This document shows positions 47,370 through 52,586 of a stretch of DNA of 52,586 bases, piece after piece. The notes under the pieces are model-generated. The model saw only the letters and a program-made list of their open reading frames with translations, ran no database searches and had not been told where the DNA came from. The translations under genes were made by a program, and so were the position numbers. Source of the DNA: Chromera velia (lineage: Eukaryota); assembly GCA_018398765.1 (NCBI GenBank), contig JAHBMJ010000246.1, positions 1 to 52,586 of the forward strand. Reading direction: 5' to 3'. The stretch's first letter is position 1, and every line of letters starts with the position of its first letter.

Positions 47370-50300
47370 TAGGATGGTCGGGGCGGGGCTGACATATGTA
47401 GCCCGATCAAATACCGCGGTGTGAATTCCTGGGGGGCCACGACATGCGCAAGCGTGCGGGGGCTACGTGCCTTGCTGAGGAGACAGAGTTGATTCAGACT
47501 GATTGATCTGATAGTTGTGTGATTGAGAGTTGTCAGTCTGTTGTCGTACGTCAGACAGTGCAGATCGTAAGATAAACGGACACCGCGTGTTTTAGACACA
47601 CGTTTTTGTGGGCAGCTTATGTATGTGTCTCGTCTCCAGCCTGAATTAATTGAGGCTTCTAGATCGATCAGCAAAGGAACCTCTCAGAAAGGGAGCAATG
47701 CATACGGTGAGTTTGAACAGACTCTTATGTGTCGTGTACGTTGAGTAGTGGCAGCCTTCTAGACGTTTAGAGAACATGCACACCGTAATACCAACGTTAC
47801 AGTAGCTTAATGCGGTCTCCGCATTGCGTTGTGCATTGCTTTCGCCTTTTCTGAATTCAACCCCCTCACTTCCTTCCTCCTTACCGACATCACAAATGCC
47901 TACCTCACAGCTTCCCGCCCTGACTCCCCAGGCGGAGAGCCCATATATGTGCGGCCCCCTCCTAACCATCCCGAGTACCGCATACACCTCTGGCTCCTTT
48001 TCAAAGCCGTCTACGGCCTCAAGAACAGCGGCTTCATCTTTGACCGCCATAGAGACCGTGCGCTCCTCGAGGCAGGGTACGTGAAGAGCGGGGTTCCGGG
48101 CTTGTGGTAGAAATGGTCCGGCCAGTCAGGAGCAGAGTCCTCTCGACTGCTTAGCCTGTGCACGACTTTCATCGACGACCTGTCCATGATTGGCATTGGG
48201 GCGTCTCCGTCCGACCTTGTCGACAAGATTGTATCCAAAGGCCCTTTCACCATCACTAAAGTGAAAGCGGATACAAATGGCTACGCCCGGTGGGCTGGGG
48301 TAGACATTGAACTCCAATAAGACAAGATCCGTTTGAGTCAGGCAGAGTATGTGCAGCCTCTCTTGCAGACCGTCCCACCTGGACCTATCCCACATACTCC
48401 GCTTCCCCCCAATTTTCGCGACCGTCTAGACGACTCCCCCGCTTTGCCTGCTTCCCAGGCCCGCTCATTCCATTCTCTCCTGGATTGATTGAGATATCCG
48501 ACCAGACCCTGCTGAGGCCTGCAACGAACTCAGTCGCTCCGTTGCCTATCCAACCGAGCGCAGCCTCTTGTATCTCCACGGCGCCGTCCGCTATACAGCC
48601 GCAACTAAACACCGCACTCTCTGTATTCGCAGAAATGATATCCCCACTAGCATCCCCAAGCGTTCAGAGCCATTGGACATGACTGGGTGGGGGGATGCAG
48701 CACTCGGCACTGCGAGATATGCCCACCCACACACTGGGTGGTTGACTGCGAGCAGAAACTTCTTGATTCATTAGAGGTCCTTTCGATAGCCCCGCGTTGC
48801 TCGAAGCAGTGCTCGTGCTGAGCTGTACGCCTTGCATGACCTGGTAGATTTTATAAAGTTTGTTTTTCCCTGCCTGCGGGTCGTCTGGGGAGAGGGAGTA
48901 TCTAGCACAGTGCACACTGATGCGCAAGACGTGCTGCACTTAGTTGCCACAGACCACCCATATCTACGTGAGTGGTCTGTTACTAAGGTTGTCGAATCCC
49001 TCCAAGAAAAGCTCCTGGAGCGGTCTTTGTCTGCCCTTATGACACAGTCTCTCGCATTGCGCGACGCTCTGGATGCATGCCGCATCTGTCTGTATTATAT
49101 TTTAACCAATCTCAACCGCGCTGACCCCTTGATCAAAAGTATAGCCCCCACGTTACTTCTCCTATTCTTCAGCCAACACATCCCCGATGGGTGGTCAGAA
49201 GTAAAGTTGTAAAAGGAAAGAAAAGAGGATTTGTGTTGTATGCCACAACTTATATACCCATGGCCCCGCCTGCGTATGTACCACGCCAACGGTGTCTAAC
49301 GCAAGCCTTGCCGCGCCCTGCCGATCTAATTGAACACATTGGACTTAGAGATGCCCGAATAGAACAAATGAGTCTGAATTCGTCTGCTGATTGAGTGGAA
49401 AAGTCTATGAACAAACCTTTTGCATACTCCTACGACTGAGTAGAACGGACCCGTGAATGCTGCTTCTCTGTGGTCTATATCACTACACTTTGGTCCCCAA
49501 GATGGGCAGCGCTCCGTGGCGGCAAAATGCAGTACGGCTTGTCCTTCCACTCTCTTGGTGGCGCCTTTCGGCACCCCACTTGTAAACTGACTGTATTGAC
49601 AATTGAAACTTTTGTACTAGAAAATGACTTTTAATTTTTTATATATCACACTAAATTCTGTATAAAAACTTAAGTCTTTAAAGCACTTAGAATGATTCTA
49701 TTTATTGTTTTTACCTATATAAAGGCATGAACAACTTTTAAAGATAAGGTTTAATAGGTGTGTGGTGTGTTTGTTGGACGTGAGTGAGGTGAAACAGTTA
49801 TAGTATGTTGATGTCGGGGAGTGAGTTGATGTTGGCCTTCCTGCCCGCCCGATTGCTTTCCCAATTTTGGTCTTCCTGCTTTCATGTATCATTCTGATGC
49901 AAATTAAAGATACAGGTTGTATTTACATGCATGCTTTTGTGTGTATTCTGGCGATTTGACTGACGTTTTGTTTGTGTGCACGTAATTCTGCAGGTGGCGT
50001 TCATGGGTATGTATGTTTGATATATACTGAGATGTCCCCCCCCCCCCCCCCCCCCNNNNNNNNNNNCCCCTGCCCCTAACATGCCCACTGTTGAGCAGTG
50101 CCTCATATAAATTGAAAACAAATCAGTTATGATCATGAAAATAATTGCTTCAATCGGATTGATTCAGAGCTAATCACTGCAGATACATTTCTTATTATGT
50201 TTTTGCTTTAGCGTTTACAGTGATAGGTACCAGACAATTTATGGTTTTAAAAAAAAATATATACTCTTCATTTTTTAAAACTAATATACAGCACCTTTCA

Positions 50301-51565
50301 TCTAGCTTGCTAAGCTTAAATAGATTATGAAAATCAACTATAGTTTAAAGGTCAAACTATTTTTTTTAATGTTTTAAAAACCAAAATTTTGAAAGTCACT
50401 TTCCAGTGCAAAAGTTTCAATTGTTAGTACAGTCAGTTTATACTCCCCCCCTCGGACAGGACGTCAAAACAGTATGCACGTTGAGACATAATGATACCAG
50501 ACATCTTTGAACAGAAAAAAAAAAGAACGTGCAGACCAAGAGACAACGCGAACTTAAACGACATACGCCGCATATGATATGTGAATAAAATCATTCTCAA
50601 GAAGGGCTGGCCACACATACAATATTATACAATGAGTACGTGCGATGATCTTGAATACAACAGATTCAAACAGAAAACGGCTCCGAAAAAGAAAGAGAGC
50701 ATATGAGCCGGATGTTTCACGAGGCTTTGTACATGTAATATCAATGTTTGCTTTTCATCACATAAACAGTGCATGAAAGGTAGCGTTTGCATCATATAAT
50801 GGAGGGAGCAGAACGCAAGAGTGAAAGAAAGATAAAGAAAGTGGTTTGCCATATAAACAAGAAGATGGCTTCCTGTTATCACGATTTGGATAGTCGCCCC
50901 CCTGCTCTATTCCACTTGTCTGCTTTGAAAATTCTCTGTACTCAGGAATGGATGAGTTAAAAGAAGAATGCATTTGAATACATGTAGACGTACAGACTCT
51001 TCTGCTTTTAAGAAAAGAAGAAAGAAAAACAGATAAAGATAATGTATAAGAGAGCTTCTTCATCGTGCCCCCCCAAAAGTTGAGCATATGCTAAAGCATA
51101 TGCATGCAAGAGGAACGAAAATCAAAAGAACGCGTGATAATGTATATATACATGTAAACCATTTCAATTGAAGAAAGAAACTCAAGAAGGATGGACAGAA
51201 ATATGGAAACGCATATACAAGCCGTCAAAGAAAAGAAAAACGGGTACGCATAAAAAGGCATACGCTGTGCACATAACAGCGTAAGTCACGGCAAAGCGAG
51301 TTGCACCAGGTATGAAGGCATGAAGTGAGTTGTTTTGTGAAGTTCATGCAACAGCTTGCCCTCCCTCTCCTTTGAATTTGCCCCCCCTTTCATTCGTGTT
51401 TGCCCCCTCTGTCTGCAAATAGAACACAATCGAACACCAAACGAATTTCAAACCAAGATGGAGAGAAAAGGCAAAGAAGAAAACAAAGGTCGAGGTAAGG
51501 ATGACCTTCTGATATAAGATCTGATGCAAAGGAATAATAAGATTCTTGCTTACTCGTATGCTGGG

Positions 51566-51777
51566 CATTGCTCGCTAGCTTGCTTGCTGGCTTGCTCGGT
51601 TAGCTTACTCGGCTGGCTTGCTTGCTGGCTTGCTAGGCTAGCTTGCTTGCTGCTTGCTGTTTGCTGCCACTGTCTGCCAGTGGCTGGTTCACTCGCTGGT
51701 TTGCTTACTTGTTGGCTGGCTCGCTAGCTTGCTTGCTAGCTAGTTTGCATGCTTGCTGCTTGCTTGCTGGCTAGCTC
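51566..51777. repeat. Degenerate (GCTN)n tetranucleotide array
   Basis: Runs of gctt/gctg/gcta/gctc. Confidence 0.85.
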
Positions 51778-51851
51778 TGAGTCGCTTGCCGTTACATTGC
51801 GATATGTAGTTGTTCGCTCTAGCCGGAGTTGATCGCCCGAGCTAATCATGC

Positions 51852-52586
<735 letters not shown>

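Larger units (their letters stand above)
46382..47801. mobile_element. Composite insertion in the RT of element B; the outer ~450 bp is a probable solo LTR
   Basis: Begins TGTGA and ends TTACA. Exact removal rejoins the RT frame (..SNYE|VA*CGLRIALCIA..). No TSD found. Confidence 0.55.
40834..49482 (+). mobile_element. Degenerate Ty1/Copia-order LTR retrotransposon (element B) carrying nested insertions
   Basis: LTRs 40834-41079 and 49234-49482; TSD CTGCA/CTACA; PBS TAGTAGCAGATGTGGTTTGATCC (41080-41102), close to the complement of the tRNA-iMet 3' end; PPT 49211-49229. Protease LDSGASH; integrase LQADL/ITDLGKEF; RT FKSRLCANG, DITNAYL, KAVYGLKNSG, FIDDL; RNase H GDAA, AELYAL, HTDA, ADPLIK. Confidence 0.95.

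Noticed and set aside
49555..49585. Helitron 3' hairpin
   Set aside because: Only a short GC hairpin followed by CTTG; no 5' end or other support
50036..50075. Long poly-C/poly-G tracts (also 7588-7603) as functional G-quadruplex elements
   Set aside because: They abut N gaps, so their length and context are unreliable

Overview
Eukaryotic, intron-rich and transposon-dense DNA with GT-AG introns and long AG/TG microsatellites. The gene content and TGCATGCA arrays suggest an alveolate, possibly chromerid-like (inference only). Host genes recognised by eye are the 3' half of an alpha/beta-hydrolase (about 1.5-3.3 kb), the N-terminal HEAT repeats of a PP2A scaffold A subunit (8.2-10.2 kb), an apparently intact tetraspanin-like gene (19.2-22.1 kb) and a Upf1/DNA2-like SF1 helicase (34.6-39.1 kb). 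Several of these carry frame-breaking lesions. About 40% of the window is LTR retroelement: a decayed non-autonomous element (3585-7045), two degenerate Copia-order elements (22786-30901 and 40834-49482) and the start of a Gypsy-type element at the right edge. The most unusual object sits inside the protease of the second Copia element: a non-coding LTR element with two ~1-kb LTRs, only 62 bp of interior (PBS, hairpin, PPT) and a tRNA-derived Pol III promoter in each LTR. Both Copia elements share an unannotated domain between integrase and RT. The repeats show a strong C-to-T decay signature at CpG and CpA. All calls are by-eye motif recognition; no searches were run.
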